This document shows, piece by piece, positions 44,601 through 54,529 of a DNA stretch of 64,000 bases (position 1 is its first letter; every line of letters begins with the position of its first letter). The stretch spans positions 9,205 to 73,204 of the forward strand of contig JBDTUR010000001.1 of the NCBI GenBank assembly GCA_040007635.1, read 5' to 3'. The notes beneath the pieces are model-generated. The model was not told the DNA's origin, ran no database searches, and worked only from the letters and a program-made list of their open reading frames with translations. Source of the DNA: Chloroflexota bacterium (GTDB lineage: Bacteria > Chloroflexota > Limnocylindria > Limnocylindrales > CSP1-4). Both the position numbers and the translations under genes were made by a program.

Positions 44601-46996
44601 GCGAAGGAGTTGGATGTAAGTGACGACGTCTCGCCGTTACTCCTGGTTTGGGTCGCCGCGATTCGGGTGCCTGGCGCGAGGGTTTCGGAGAAGGGCACCG
44701 TCCAGGCACCGCCGTTCACGACCGCGGAGCCAAGAAACGCGACTGGCAGGCCGGAGCTGCTGATGGATCGTGACGCCTTAAAGACTTCGACGGTGGACCC
44801 GTTGACGCCGCTGCCCGAGGCCTGCGTGGTCGAGGCCGAGATGATGATCGGCAACGGCGGCAAGCCGTTGGCACCGGTTGAGGGATTGTTCGGGTCTGGG
44901 GCGAGATAAATCGCCGGGCCGCTGGTATCAGTGATGACGTTACGGCTAATGGTGATATTGCGATCATTGAAGTCGATCAGGCCAATGCCGCCCAGTCCGG
45001 CATTTCGGAAGATGTTGCGTTCGACGGTATTGAACTTTGCGCTGAACTGCAGAAAGATACCCCAGCGGCTCATGGGTGCTGCCTCGCCGTACGGAGACTC
45101 GCCGACAGTATTGCCACGGATTACGTTTCCCGTGGAGTTGCTCATCATGATGGCCAGGCCGTTGTAAAAAGCACTAACGTAGTTACTTTCAATAATGTTG
45201 TCGCTAACACCGTCGACGAGATTGATGCCCTCGCCGTTGTCGTAGCTGGGGAGGTAGCGCGCCGAACGGAACTCTGGGTCATAGTGGCCGTCCTGGCGAA
45301 AGCCGACCCAATTGCCGATGACGTGGTTATCCCTGATCTCCCATGCAGGATCCGGTTGCCCGGTGTTGTAGTTCCAGCCATGGGACAATTCGATGCCGTT
45401 GGTGCCGGTGGAGCCGATGATGTTGCGCTCGTTTGCGCCGGAGCCACCTATCAGCGAGTGCTTTGGACCGAAGTCGGTGTCGATACCGATCTGGCACAGT
45501 GCGCCCACGGCAATGGTCGTGCCGTTGGGCCGAATACAGACGAGATTGTTCTGCCAGACGTTGTAGTCTGTACCAGGTCCATACTGATACAGCGCCTTTG
45601 CGTAGTTACCCACAACGTTCCGGTCGGCTAATGCCGGCGTGCCGATGTAATTGTGGTTCGCGCCGCCAGCCACCTGAACGCCAGAGCTTTTCTCCAGCCG
45701 AGGTGGTAGCGAGTTATCGGCACGAAATCCAACGAAGTTACCCACAATGTGATTGTTCGTGGATGTGGCACCCACCATCCAGATGCCGCGGAACGCGCTG
45801 TTGACAATCAGCCCCCTGATCGTGTTGTTTGGCCTAGGCACATACAACACGTACTCCATGCTGCTCTGGCCAGTGCCTCGGAGCTCAACGCCTGGTACAG
45901 CATTGGTCCCGAACGTCGAGGTGTTCACGTGGCTGCCTGGCTGGGAGTAGCCGTCGATCACCATGCTCGTCTGCGAGGTGCCGACCAAAGGTAGCTCGGA
46001 CCCCAGCTGGATAAGCACCGGCGCCTGGCCCGGCAGGTTGAAGGTGATCGTCTGCTGGCCCGGGTTCTGGTTGGCTTCCTCGATCGCCGCGCGCAGCGTG
46101 CATGCTCCCTGGGCATTGGCGCAGATCCCGTCTCCGAGAGTGACGTCGCCTGAATCGGCCGCGCTTGTGACGATGAAGGTGTGAGGGGCCTCGAGAGCCG
46201 CGTCGGTCGGTACGAACCCGTCGCCGATACTGGCTTTGAAGCCGGCGTCAATGCCACGTGCGACTGGGCGCGTGCTCGCCTCTCTGCCCTGGCTGGCGAG
46301 CAATGCCTGAATGTCGACGATGTCGATGCAACCGTCTGCGTTGGCGTCGGCGCCCAGGTTGGCACCGGCCAAGGCGCAGGAAGCACTGGCTCCGCGTGTC
46401 CGGTACCAGGCCGCCTGAGCGATGTCGAGGTCCTCAGGCGAGATGACACCCTTGCCGAAGAGATCCCGGACTGGGCTTGCGGTACGAGCCGGGGCCGGTC
46501 GTGCTCTGCCGTCCGGGGCAGCGCTCGATGCGCCCTCACCGCTGACATCGAGCGTGGCGACCATGTTGGTGTCCGCGAGCGCCACCCGCCGCCCGTTGGA
46601 GTCTGCCGCCGCGTCGACGAGGATGCGCATGCGCAGCGAACCGGAAACGCGCGGGAAGATCACCAGACGCAGGACGGTCTTACCACTCTTCGAGCGCAGG
46701 CCGTAAGCACCAAACGCATAGCCGTACGGCACCGGAACGGGCGTGAGTACCTCGCCTGGACCTACGGGTGCGACACCAACCAGGTCTCCGGTGTCCTCGT
46801 CGATCAGGACACGGCCGTCGACGGCAGCCACGTTTCCCGGCAGCGTGAGCGTGACCGCGGTTGACTGGCCAGGCGTCACGTTGGTCGGCACCGCGATCAG
46901 CACGGGCTTGCCAACTGCCGACGGCACCGACGCTGACAAGAGCGACGACGCCGCCAGAACTGCCGTCGCGACGGCCGTTATGAGTGTCCGCAGCAC
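41624..46996 (-). CDS. Giant secreted surface protein (1790 aa). Order: signal peptide, Ig-like N-domain, dockerin-like Ca-loop, right-handed beta-helix, PKD, novel domain copy, 6 tandem PKD, novel domain copy.
   Basis: [19 protein letters not shown] loop; beta-helix repeats (NHIVGNFVGF, NRNVVGNY ...); PKD signatures (W.WDFGDG...QNPSHTY) x7; novel-domain copies at about 43718-44335 and 41630-42265. Confidence 0.8.
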   Translation of the reverse strand: MLRTLITAVATAVLAASSLLSASVPSAVGKPVLIAVPTNVTPGQSTAVTLTLPGNVAAVDGRVLIDEDTGDLVGVAPVGPGEVLTPVPVPYGYAFGAYGLRSKSGKTVLRLVIFPRVSGSLRMRILVDAAADSNGRRVALADTNMVATLDVSGEGASSAAPDGRARPAPARTASPVRDLFGKGVISPEDLDIAQAAWYRTRGASASCALAGANLGADANADGCIDIVDIQALLASQGREASTRPVARGIDAGFKASIGDGFVPTDAALEAPHTFIVTSAADSGDVTLGDGICANAQGACTLRAAIEEANQNPGQQTITFNLPGQAPVLIQLGSELPLVGTSQTSMVIDGYSQPGSHVNTSTFGTNAVPGVELRGTGQSSMEYVLYVPRPNNTIRGLIVNSAFRGIWMVGATSTNNHIVGNFVGFRADNSLPPRLEKSSGVQVAGGANHNYIGTPALADRNVVGNYAKALYQYGPGTDYNVWQNNLVCIRPNGTTIAVGALCQIGIDTDFGPKHSLIGGSGANERNIIGSTGTNGIELSHGWNYNTGQPDPAWEIRDNHVIGNWVGFRQDGHYDPEFRSARYLPSYDNGEGINLVDGVSDNIIESNYVSAFYNGLAIMMSNSTGNVIRGNTVGESPYGEAAPMSRWGIFLQFSAKFNTVERNIFRNAGLGGIGLIDFNDRNITISRNVITDTSGPAIYLAPDPNNPSTGANGLPPLPIIISASTTQASGSGVNGSTVEVFKASRSISSSGLPVAFLGSAVVNGGAWTVPFSETLAPGTRIAATQTRSNGETSSLTSNSFAGGPPVLPAADFNWSQKVGTLTIDFADNSSGSPYAWSWTFGDGGTSSLQNPSWTYGAGTYDATVTVTSDSGSQSITKTVTVNPLAPGTVLAADSFERTIGDHWGMADVGGPYYLEPTPVAYSVGGGMAAMLLSIKGNAGSALLGDVQTRDLDMNVRVRARKLPVGDNLYIYAETRRNGGNAYRPKIMITPAGAVQAHVGVMVNGSESSVANAMTIPGLTYAPNTWLRMRAEVSGASPTTIRMKVWADGAAEPASWQYAVTNSNAAVRTAGTVGLRFYTSATNVPFTVNFDDYLVRSTGGAPITRPTASFASSQVPATLTVNFSDTSTNSPAGWNWNFGDGTSSTLQNPSHTYAATGAYTVTLTASNAGGSSTATMAVTVAPATPVANFSFAQQPGTLTVNFTDTSTGVPTSWGWNFGDGTSSTLQNPSHTYAASGSHSVSLTAANSGGPGTVTKTVTVSLPAPVADFTFAQQSGGTTVNFTDASTGSPTSWNWDFGDGASSTQQNPSHVYLLSGNYNVTLNASNAGGSTSVNKSVSVVIPPPPPFADFTSAQQAGTLTANFHDASIGSPASWNWDFGDGGSSTERNPTHTYVAPGDYTVTLTASNLGGSDSETKSVTVLPIPPVADFSFAQQANTLAVMFTDVSSGSPTSWIWDFGDGASSSVQHPSHIYAGGGNYTVKLTATNGGGSGSQMKTVMVVALPVANFSQVQQPGTLTVNFSDSSTGSPTGWSWDFGDGGSSSQQNPAHTYASAGSYSVTLTATNAGGTDSETKLVSVSPPTFTTYVSDSFDRTVTGGWASANIGGAYGLYGASSNFGVGSGVGTIVAPSSGANLAALLNAVSVTSVDIRFRVRVNKLPSAGNLFIYGEARRNANNAYRPKLVILPNGTIQVGAGVVVNSTESAMGALATVPGLTYTANAWLWLRAEISGTNPTTIRVKAWLDGSAEPVSWQYSATNSNAAVQIAGGVGLRLYVSGGLSNAPVTFNFDDFLVKSP
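42272..43687. repeat. Six tandem, highly similar PKD-domain coding repeats (about 240-bp period) inside the 1790-aa gene
   Basis: Protein repeats at residues 1104-1575. They also show up as repeated shadow ORFs on the plus strand (VELAPSPKSQ...). Confidence 0.75.
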
Positions 46997-47080
46997 TCCA
47001 GAAGCCCCTCTCTCTGCGCAGATGGACGAGTCTACGCCGCTCCCGCCAGAGAACCTACCTACTAACTATGACCCCGGTTT

Positions 47081-50000
47081 CTACAGCCCCTTGACCAAGA
47101 AGTCATCGAACTTGAACGTGACAGGTGAGTTGCTGACTGCACCCCCCAAGTAAACTCGGAAGCCTACGGCACCCGCCGTTTGCAGGGCGGCGCTTGAGTT
47201 GGTCGCGGTGAACTGCCACGACGTGGGTTCAGGCGAGCCGTCGGCCCAGGCCTTGACACGAATCGTCGTTGGATTCGTGCCTGTCACCTGGGTGTGCACC
47301 CAGATGAAGCTGTCGGCGATCTGGGTTAGCCCGGGCACCACCACTGAACCGAAACCAGTCTCGGAGTTGCTGACCAGCATGCTGGCCGAAACGCTCACCG
47401 TCCCGTTGGCGTTGAGGATGAGACGCGGGCGGTACTCGTTGTTGCCATTCTGCCTGGACACCGCGTAGACGTAGTAGCTGCCGCCGGCGGCAACCTTGTC
47501 CACCTGTACCCGGAACGTGATGTCGAGGTCGAGCTGGGAGACGCCGCCCAGGATGGCCGCGCGACCGGCTCCGGCGTTCGGCAGGACAATGCTGCCCATG
47601 CCGCCGGCCACACTGAAGTTGGCCGTGTTGCCGGTCAGGGTGTAGCTGCCGCCGGTGTCGGCCGTGCCCCAGCCGCCGTTGACGGTCCGGCCAAATGCAT
47701 CCGCGGCGTAAGTAGGCGGTCCCGTCGGAACAACGGTGACCCACTTGGTCGTGCTGGTTGCGCCACCCGCGTTGGTAGCCGTCAGCTGGACTGTGTACGT
47801 GCCAGCCGCGGCGTAAGTCTTGCTGGGGTTCTGCAGCGTGGATGTGGTGCTGTCCCCGAAGTCCCAGCTCCAGCCTGTGGGGCCGCCGCTGGACGCATCG
47901 GCGAAGTCAACGGTCAACGTGTTTGGCACCTGTTGCCACGTGAAGTCAGCCGTCGGTGGCGGTGGCAATCCGGCGCCCGGATCGCCGAAAACCTCATAGT
48001 CGTCGAAGGTGAAGGTAACCGGAGCATTGTTGACGGCGGATGCCACGAAGACGCGCAATCCAACCGAGCCGGACGTCTGCAACGCGGCCGCCGAGTTGGT
48101 GGCTGTGTATTGCCATGCTGCCGGCTCCGCGTCGCCGTCCGCCCAGGCCTTGACTCGGATCGTGGTTGGGCTGGTGCCCACCACCTCGGCGCGAACCCAG
48201 ACATAGCCACCGACCGTCTGCATCAGACCGGGCACGACCACGGCTGATCCGATCGCAGATTCGCTGTTGTTGACCACTGAGCTGGCCTGAACCGAAACGG
48301 TGCCATTGGCGTTCATGACGATGCGCGGGCGATACTCGCTCGTGCCATTGCGCCGGGTGACGGCGTAGACGAAGTAGGCACCACCAGAGGCCACCTTGTC
48401 GACGCGAACGCGGAAGGTGAGGTGGACGTTCTGCTGGTTGACGTTGCCCAAGACGACAGAGCGAGAATTGCCGGCCGAGTTCACGACGATGCTTCCAGCG
48501 CCCGACCCCACGCTGTAATTCGACAAAGTGCCACTGGCGGCATACGGGCCACCCGTGTCAGCGGTCCCCCAGCCATTGCTGACCGTCCGCTCGAAGGAAT
48601 CTGAGGCGTAAACCGGGGCCGGCAAGAGCGGCGCAACCGTCACCGTGTGGGTCTCGCCATCGGCGCCGCCCAAATTGGCGACCGTAAGGCTGACCAGATA
48701 GTCACCCGCCGCGGCATAGGTGTGAGACGGGTTCTGGTCAGTGGAGGTGGCGCCGTCGCCGAAGTCCCAACTCCAACTGTCAATCGATCCGGTAGACGTG
48801 TCACTGAAGGCCACGTCGAGCGTGTTGACGGCTTGGCTCGATGTGAAACTGGCTACGGGCGTTGTGGGCGCCGGGTACTTCGCAACAAAGTCGTCGAAAC
48901 CAAACGTGACCGGGGCGGTAGTGGCGGCGGAACCGACAAAGCTCCTTAGCCCAAGAGCGCCAGGCACCTGGAGGCTGGCTGTAGAGTCGGTCCCGGTATA
49001 GTTCCAGGCTGCCGGCTCGGCGGTGCCGTCCGCCCAAGCCTTGACCCGGATTGTCGTGGGGTTCTGACCAGTCACCTGGGCACGCACACGGATGTACGTG
49101 TTCGCTATCTGCGCCAGACCGGGCACGGTGACGGTCGAGCCGATCGCGGTTTCGACACCGTTGACTTCCGCACTGGCATGCGCCTGAACGGTTCCGGTCT
49201 GAGTGAGCAGGATCCGGGGACGATACTCGTTGCTGCCGTTGCGCCGGACAACTGCATACACGAGATAGCTGCCGCCGGCTGCGATCTTGTCGACCTTGAC
49301 TCGGAAACTGATATCGACGTCGTCCTCGGAAATGCCATCGAGGATTGCCGAGCGCGTGTTGCCTGCCGCGGGCACAATCATGTCGCCCACGCCCTGGCTC
49401 GTGTTGTAGTTGCCGGCGGTCACCTGCAGCGAATACGCGCCGCCCACGTCGGCATCGCCCCAACCACTGCCAAGGCTGCGGCTGAACGAGTCGGCCGCGA
49501 ACAGGCCGCCCGGCGGTAGCGGTGGCGGCACCGACACGCTTATCTGCTTGGCCTCGGAATCCGAGCCGCCCTGGTTGGTGGCTGTAAGCGTCACGGTGTA
49601 CGTGCCGGCTGCGGCGTAAGTGTGGGCGGGGTTTTGCTGCGAAGACGTGGGCGTGCCGTCACCAAAGTTCCAGCTCCGCGAAGTCACGACAGCGGTCGAG
49701 GCGTCGGTGAAGTCGACTATCGTGCTGTAGGCCCGCTGTCCCCATGCGAAGTCCGCCACGGGCGGTTGTGGCGGTGACGCAGCAGAAACCAGAACGTTCT
49801 GGGTCAGCTCTGACGTGTTGTCGTTAGTAGCGATCTGAAGGGCCGTGACACGATCACCGGCCGCGAGCGCGGAGACGGGCAGCTGCCATGCACCGCCGGA
49901 GACGACCGCCGAACCGAGATATTCGGTCGGCAAGCCTACGAGCCCGGCAGCGCGATCGGCGCGGTATACCTCAACCGTGGCGCCCTCGATGCCGGTGCCG

Positions 50001-52180
50001 CTGATCCAGACCGTCGTTGCCGAGGCGATGACCGGACGGGCCAACAGCACATTGGCGCCAGTGGTTGGATCGTTGGCGTATGGCTGTAGGTGGATCGGTT
50101 TGGCCGATGAGTTGGTGATGATGTTGTGCGTAATTCGCACCCAACGCACGTTAGGTTCGATCAGGCCGATGCCATAGGAGGTCGTGTTGCGGATCGCGTT
50201 CCCCTCAATCACGTTACTTTTCGTCGCATTTCTCACGACTATGCCGTAGCGCCCTACCGGTGCCGCCTGGCCCAACGGCGACTGGCCAACAATGTTGCCC
50301 CGAACGACGTTGCCTGTCGAATTGCCTGACAGAATCTGGATGCCGTCCCAGACCGAGGACACATAGTTGCCTTCGATTAGGTTGTAGCTCGAACCGTCGT
50401 AGCAGTTGATTCCGTTGCCGTTGTCGCCCGAACCGGGACTACTCTGGGCCGAGCGGAAGGCGGCATCGTACGCGCCGTCGTGTCGGAAGCCGACCCAGTT
50501 GCCGAGCAGTTCGTTGTGGCTTACGGCCCAAGTATCGTCAGTCTGCCCCGGGGAGCCAGCCGGATTCCAGCCGTGTGACAGCTCGATACCATTGAGCGTG
50601 GTCCGTCCGATGATATTTCCTTCGTTCGGTCCCAAACCGCCCGTAATGTTGTATTGCGGTCCGGAGTTGTGGTCCACAGCCGTGCTGCACAGCGCATTGT
50701 TATCTGCAACCCCGTCGGGTCGCATGCAGAAGAGGTTGTTCTGGATGACGTTGTACTGCGTCCCAGCACCGTATAAATGGACGCCCTGACCGGCGCGGCC
50801 GATCACATTCCGGTCGGCCAGCGCGGGTGTGCCAATTATGTTGTGATTCGAACCTGTATTCAGCAAGATATCGTACGCGGCACTGTTAGTCGCTGTCGTA
50901 CCGTTCGGACTGAATCCAAACCAGTTGCCGATTATTTGGTTGTTCTGGGCATCGGTGCCATCGATGATGATCGGTCGGTAGAAAGTCCTGAAAGCAAGCC
51001 CGCGGATGACGTTGTTTGCGCTCGTGATGCGGAACGGATTGTTGACTGACTTGGTGGTCCCGGGACCTACCACGGCGATATTCAGGACCGCGTTCGAGCC
51101 GTAAGCCGCAGTGTTTACCGAACTGCCAGGCTGCGTGTAACCATCGATCTGGATGCCGCCGTTGCGATTCTGGACGATCGGCAGGGGTGAGGTGCCAACA
51201 GTGATGGTCTGCAGGCCACCCGGCGCGATCTGGAATTCGATTCGCGCCGGACCATGAACCCAGTTGGCCTCGGTGATTGCCGCACGCAAGGTACAACGAC
51301 CTTGGCTGTCGGCGCAGATTCCGTTACCCGGGCTGGTATCGGCCGTGTCCGCCGTGTTGTTCACGGTAAAAATCGGACCGGCGAAGGCAGCGGGGGCGTT
51401 TAGGCTCGAGGGGCGCTCAACGGCACCTGTGGTCGCGGCCGGGATGAGATGTTGCGCCGAGCTGACTCGGGCTCCTTGAGCGGCCACGAGAGCCTGGATG
51501 TCGACGATGTCGACGCATCCGTCGCCGTTCGCGTCAGCATACGCGGCGAGGTCAGCGCCACACGCCTCGTCACGCTCACGGGCCAGCTCCCAGCCCGCGC
51601 GCACGATGTCCAGATCCTTCGGGCTAATCCGGTTCTCGCCGAACAACCCACGCGTTTCTACCGCCGCGCGAAGTGGGACGGGTCGCGGGGTCGCTTGTGC
51701 TGCAGGGACGAACCTTGTATCGCCCGCGACATTCAGGTTGGCCACGGCGGCCAGCGACCTTGTCGTCAGGCGGCGGCCATTCGTGTCGGACGCCGAATCA
51801 ATGACCATGCGCACTTCCACCGCGCCGGCGACGTGCGGCGTCATCAGCACGCGCAGCACGGTCTGGCCCGCAGACGACTTCAGCCCATAAGCACCGAAGG
51901 CTGCGCCGCCAGGGATCTCGACCGGCGTGAGCGAAGTGCCGCCGTCTTTGGGCGCGACGGCGAGCAGCTCAGCCGCGCCGGAGTCGAATAGGATCCGGCC
52001 GTCCACCGCGGCGGCGTTCTTGGGCAACCGGAACTCCAGAGCGGTACTCGTATCCAACTCGACACGAGTTGGAGCCGCGACGGTGAGCGTCCTCGTCTGG
52101 GTGTTCTCAGCTGCCAGGCTCCCCATCGGAAACAGTGCGGTCAACGCGACCGTGACCGAGGCGATGACAAATCGGGACAT
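47081..52180 (-). CDS. Giant secreted surface protein (1699 aa). Order: signal peptide, Ig-like domain, dockerin-like loop, beta-helix, then three [PKD + novel domain] units.
   Basis: [18 protein letters not shown] loop; PKD x3; three copies of the GWG.AD.GG.Y ... [20 protein letters not shown] ... F.FDDF domain. Confidence 0.8.
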   Translation of the reverse strand: MSRFVIASVTVALTALFPMGSLAAENTQTRTLTVAAPTRVELDTSTALEFRLPKNAAAVDGRILFDSGAAELLAVAPKDGGTSLTPVEIPGGAAFGAYGLKSSAGQTVLRVLMTPHVAGAVEVRMVIDSASDTNGRRLTTRSLAAVANLNVAGDTRFVPAAQATPRPVPLRAAVETRGLFGENRISPKDLDIVRAGWELARERDEACGADLAAYADANGDGCVDIVDIQALVAAQGARVSSAQHLIPAATTGAVERPSSLNAPAAFAGPIFTVNNTADTADTSPGNGICADSQGRCTLRAAITEANWVHGPARIEFQIAPGGLQTITVGTSPLPIVQNRNGGIQIDGYTQPGSSVNTAAYGSNAVLNIAVVGPGTTKSVNNPFRITSANNVIRGLAFRTFYRPIIIDGTDAQNNQIIGNWFGFSPNGTTATNSAAYDILLNTGSNHNIIGTPALADRNVIGRAGQGVHLYGAGTQYNVIQNNLFCMRPDGVADNNALCSTAVDHNSGPQYNITGGLGPNEGNIIGRTTLNGIELSHGWNPAGSPGQTDDTWAVSHNELLGNWVGFRHDGAYDAAFRSAQSSPGSGDNGNGINCYDGSSYNLIEGNYVSSVWDGIQILSGNSTGNVVRGNIVGQSPLGQAAPVGRYGIVVRNATKSNVIEGNAIRNTTSYGIGLIEPNVRWVRITHNIITNSSAKPIHLQPYANDPTTGANVLLARPVIASATTVWISGTGIEGATVEVYRADRAAGLVGLPTEYLGSAVVSGGAWQLPVSALAAGDRVTALQIATNDNTSELTQNVLVSAASPPQPPVADFAWGQRAYSTIVDFTDASTAVVTSRSWNFGDGTPTSSQQNPAHTYAAAGTYTVTLTATNQGGSDSEAKQISVSVPPPLPPGGLFAADSFSRSLGSGWGDADVGGAYSLQVTAGNYNTSQGVGDMIVPAAGNTRSAILDGISEDDVDISFRVKVDKIAAGGSYLVYAVVRRNGSNEYRPRILLTQTGTVQAHASAEVNGVETAIGSTVTVPGLAQIANTYIRVRAQVTGQNPTTIRVKAWADGTAEPAAWNYTGTDSTASLQVPGALGLRSFVGSAATTAPVTFGFDDFVAKYPAPTTPVASFTSSQAVNTLDVAFSDTSTGSIDSWSWDFGDGATSTDQNPSHTYAAAGDYLVSLTVANLGGADGETHTVTVAPLLPAPVYASDSFERTVSNGWGTADTGGPYAASGTLSNYSVGSGAGSIVVNSAGNSRSVVLGNVNQQNVHLTFRVRVDKVASGGAYFVYAVTRRNGTSEYRPRIVMNANGTVSVQASSVVNNSESAIGSAVVVPGLMQTVGGYVWVRAEVVGTSPTTIRVKAWADGDAEPAAWQYTATNSAAALQTSGSVGLRVFVASAVNNAPVTFTFDDYEVFGDPGAGLPPPPTADFTWQQVPNTLTVDFADASSGGPTGWSWDFGDSTTSTLQNPSKTYAAAGTYTVQLTATNAGGATSTTKWVTVVPTGPPTYAADAFGRTVNGGWGTADTGGSYTLTGNTANFSVAGGMGSIVLPNAGAGRAAILGGVSQLDLDITFRVQVDKVAAGGSYYVYAVSRQNGNNEYRPRLILNANGTVSVSASMLVSNSETGFGSVVVPGLTQIADSFIWVHTQVTGTNPTTIRVKAWADGSPEPTSWQFTATNSSAALQTAGAVGFRVYLGGAVSNSPVTFKFDDFLVKGL

Positions 52181-52384
52181 TTGGTAAACCCCTGATACCG
52201 TGGGTGATCCGCGCAGCAGCGCCGCAAGACGGCTGGAGGGACCCCCTCCTCGACTAGAGGCATCGTCTGCCCCGCCCGAACGAAAGTCAAGGCAGGCAGG
52301 GGTACTTTGGCACTACTGAAAGGTTTGGCGTTGGCTGGCGGCAACGGTTACCGCTCCGAACCCGGCCTAACCTCACACTAGGGC

Positions 52385-53443
52385 TTAGGCGGCGGGAAAG
52401 ATGCCGAAGACCGCACTCAACCCGTAGGGCTCTAGCAGGATCTGTGCGACCAATTGCCGCGTCCTAAGGTCATAGCAGCCAACGTGGGTCCCGAAGTCGC
52501 GCTTCAGGCCGCGCAGGACCCAGCCCACGTTCTCACGGAACTTGGTTGGCCGTATGCGTGAAAACCCAACCCACGCGTGGTCGCCGTCGATCAGCAGGCC
52601 GCGCGCCCAACCGAGCAGCATGTCAGGAGGATGCGCGCTGGTAAGATCGATGACCTCGACGACCTTGAGGCTCACGATGTCGGCGATTACCAACTGTCCG
52701 TTGACCGTCGTGAAATAGGCGCGTCCGTCCGCAACGATACCGTCGTGCAATCGCTCCAGGCCGATGTCGATCCGCCTCGATGGATCGACGAGCGAAATAG
52801 CGTCTCGTTGCTCAAAGCGCGTGGCCCATGGCTCGTTGCCGATGTAGAAAACGTGGTTGGGGTGGGCATAGTGTGGCTTCGTGGTCTTCACTCGCCGATA
52901 GTCGACGTCGCGCGAGAATCGTGCCCAGGGATCCTCGCCCAGTACATTCCAGTTATGTACGACTTCGCCGGCCCGGGTTACCTCGACAACACTGTCCAGA
53001 CCGGTATTGGCAACCAGCAGGTTTCCCTCTGGCGTGGGCCGGACGTGGTGAACGTCATTGAACATCGGCAGCGAAACATAGGCCAGTCTCTCGAACGAGG
53101 GCAGCCTATAGACCATCACTTCTGTCTGGGTACATATATAGAGACGATCGCCGTCGAGTGTGCCCGACTTGAATAGGATCGCGGGCTGCTCCTCCGCGGT
53201 AGCCTCGGGTGGTGACACATACTCCACGGCCGTTCTCGCCTGGCCCGTTGTCGTGTCCAGTTCGAGAATGATCGCCTTCTGGTATTCATACCAGCCGCCA
53301 CCCATGCCTACTGACATTGGACGCAGCGTTCTTTGCTGGCCGCCGGCAACATAAAGTCGGCGAGCGGGGGGATGCTCAAGCTCGGCCGGAAGTTGGGTAG
53401 AAGCCGCGGCAGCTTGCCCTACCGGCGTCGTTTCTAGGGCCAT
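52385..53443 (-). CDS. Hypothetical protein, possibly beta-propeller (NHL/SMP-30-like repeats), no signal peptide
   Basis: Repetitive strand-like segments (LLVANTGLDSVVEV, LVIADIVSLKVVEV); 352 aa. Confidence 0.4.
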   Translation of the reverse strand: MALETTPVGQAAAASTQLPAELEHPPARRLYVAGGQQRTLRPMSVGMGGGWYEYQKAIILELDTTTGQARTAVEYVSPPEATAEEQPAILFKSGTLDGDRLYICTQTEVMVYRLPSFERLAYVSLPMFNDVHHVRPTPEGNLLVANTGLDSVVEVTRAGEVVHNWNVLGEDPWARFSRDVDYRRVKTTKPHYAHPNHVFYIGNEPWATRFEQRDAISLVDPSRRIDIGLERLHDGIVADGRAYFTTVNGQLVIADIVSLKVVEVIDLTSAHPPDMLLGWARGLLIDGDHAWVGFSRIRPTKFRENVGWVLRGLKRDFGTHVGCYDLRTRQLVAQILLEPYGLSAVFGIFPAA

Positions 53444-53464
53444 GGTCTTCTAAGCTCGGTTAAT

Positions 53465-54403
53465 TCAAGGCTGGTCTGTAGTTGCCGCAAGCAGCCCGCT
53501 GAAAGCGAACTCGTAGGGCGAACCGACGGTCCTGAGACCCGCGAGGGCGGAGAGGCCCACCGATCCGCTGCCCTGCAGGCTGCCGGTCCAGTCGATCACC
53601 GCGAAGTGCCAATAACTCGGCTCCTCCTGACCATCCTCCCACGTTCGCACGCGAACCAAGGTGGGATCGCTTCCAGTTGCCTGGGCTCTCAGCCAGATCA
53701 GCTTACCCGGGGTGACCCTCACGTCAGGGGCAAGCACCTCCCTGCCTAGCGACTGTGATCCGCCTGCCAACAGCAAGCCCACGTGGGCAAATACGGCGCC
53801 ACCGGCATCGATGCGGATCCTGGGCCGGTAAGCCAGTCCCGCGACGGTCGACCTCAGCAGTGCGTACACAAACAAAGATCCTTCGCCCTGTGGCAGCTCA
53901 TCGACTCTGACCCCGAACTTGATGTCGACGTCGCGCGCCGACACGGTGGGCAAGACGACGCTCCCCGTAGCGCCGGCGATCGGCAAGGTAACTAGCCCGT
54001 TGCCCGTTTCAACCCCGAAGCGTTCTACGCCGACGCTGGTCGAGTACTCTCCGCCAACCTCAGCCGCACCCCAACCATCATCAACGGCTCGCGAGAAAGT
54101 ATCGCTCGCGATGACGACAGACGGCCCCACAACGATGGGCGACCCCTGTGGGTGTGTGTCGGGCGTCCGCGCCGCCGGTGACACCGGTCCCGGGGCGGGC
54201 GTCCGCGGTGCGGCAAACGTCGCAGGATCCAGCCAAGCGGGCGCGAGAGCAGAGACAACGAGCAGGGTTACCAGCACGATCGACTTGTCTGACCAGGGCA
54301 GCGTTCTGACGCGCCGCATGGGAGCCGCACTATGACGGCGGGCGCGCATTAACAGGTCCGGCCCGTGGGATGGCGGCTGCTCCGAGTCTCCTGACGTACC
54401 CAA
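53465..54403 (-). CDS. Membrane-anchored protein carrying a single copy of the novel about-210-aa domain
   Basis: TM SIVLVTLLVVSALAPAWL, then DTFSRAVDDGWGAAEVGGEY...AYRPRIRIDAGG...TLVRVRTWEDGQEEPSYWHF. Confidence 0.6.
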   Translation of the reverse strand: MGTSGDSEQPPSHGPDLLMRARRHSAAPMRRVRTLPWSDKSIVLVTLLVVSALAPAWLDPATFAAPRTPAPGPVSPAARTPDTHPQGSPIVVGPSVVIASDTFSRAVDDGWGAAEVGGEYSTSVGVERFGVETGNGLVTLPIAGATGSVVLPTVSARDVDIKFGVRVDELPQGEGSLFVYALLRSTVAGLAYRPRIRIDAGGAVFAHVGLLLAGGSQSLGREVLAPDVRVTPGKLIWLRAQATGSDPTLVRVRTWEDGQEEPSYWHFAVIDWTGSLQGSGSVGLSALAGLRTVGSPYEFAFSGLLAATTDQP

Positions 54404-54529
54404 GGCCAGCTAGAGTCCTTTCCTGCCGTGGCGAATCGCCATGCTACGGGAGCGGACGTGGGCCGTCGATGGGACTATGCGCGGGTAGCAGCCGCCCTGT
54501 GTAACAAAGCAACGCGGACGCCCGCAAAA

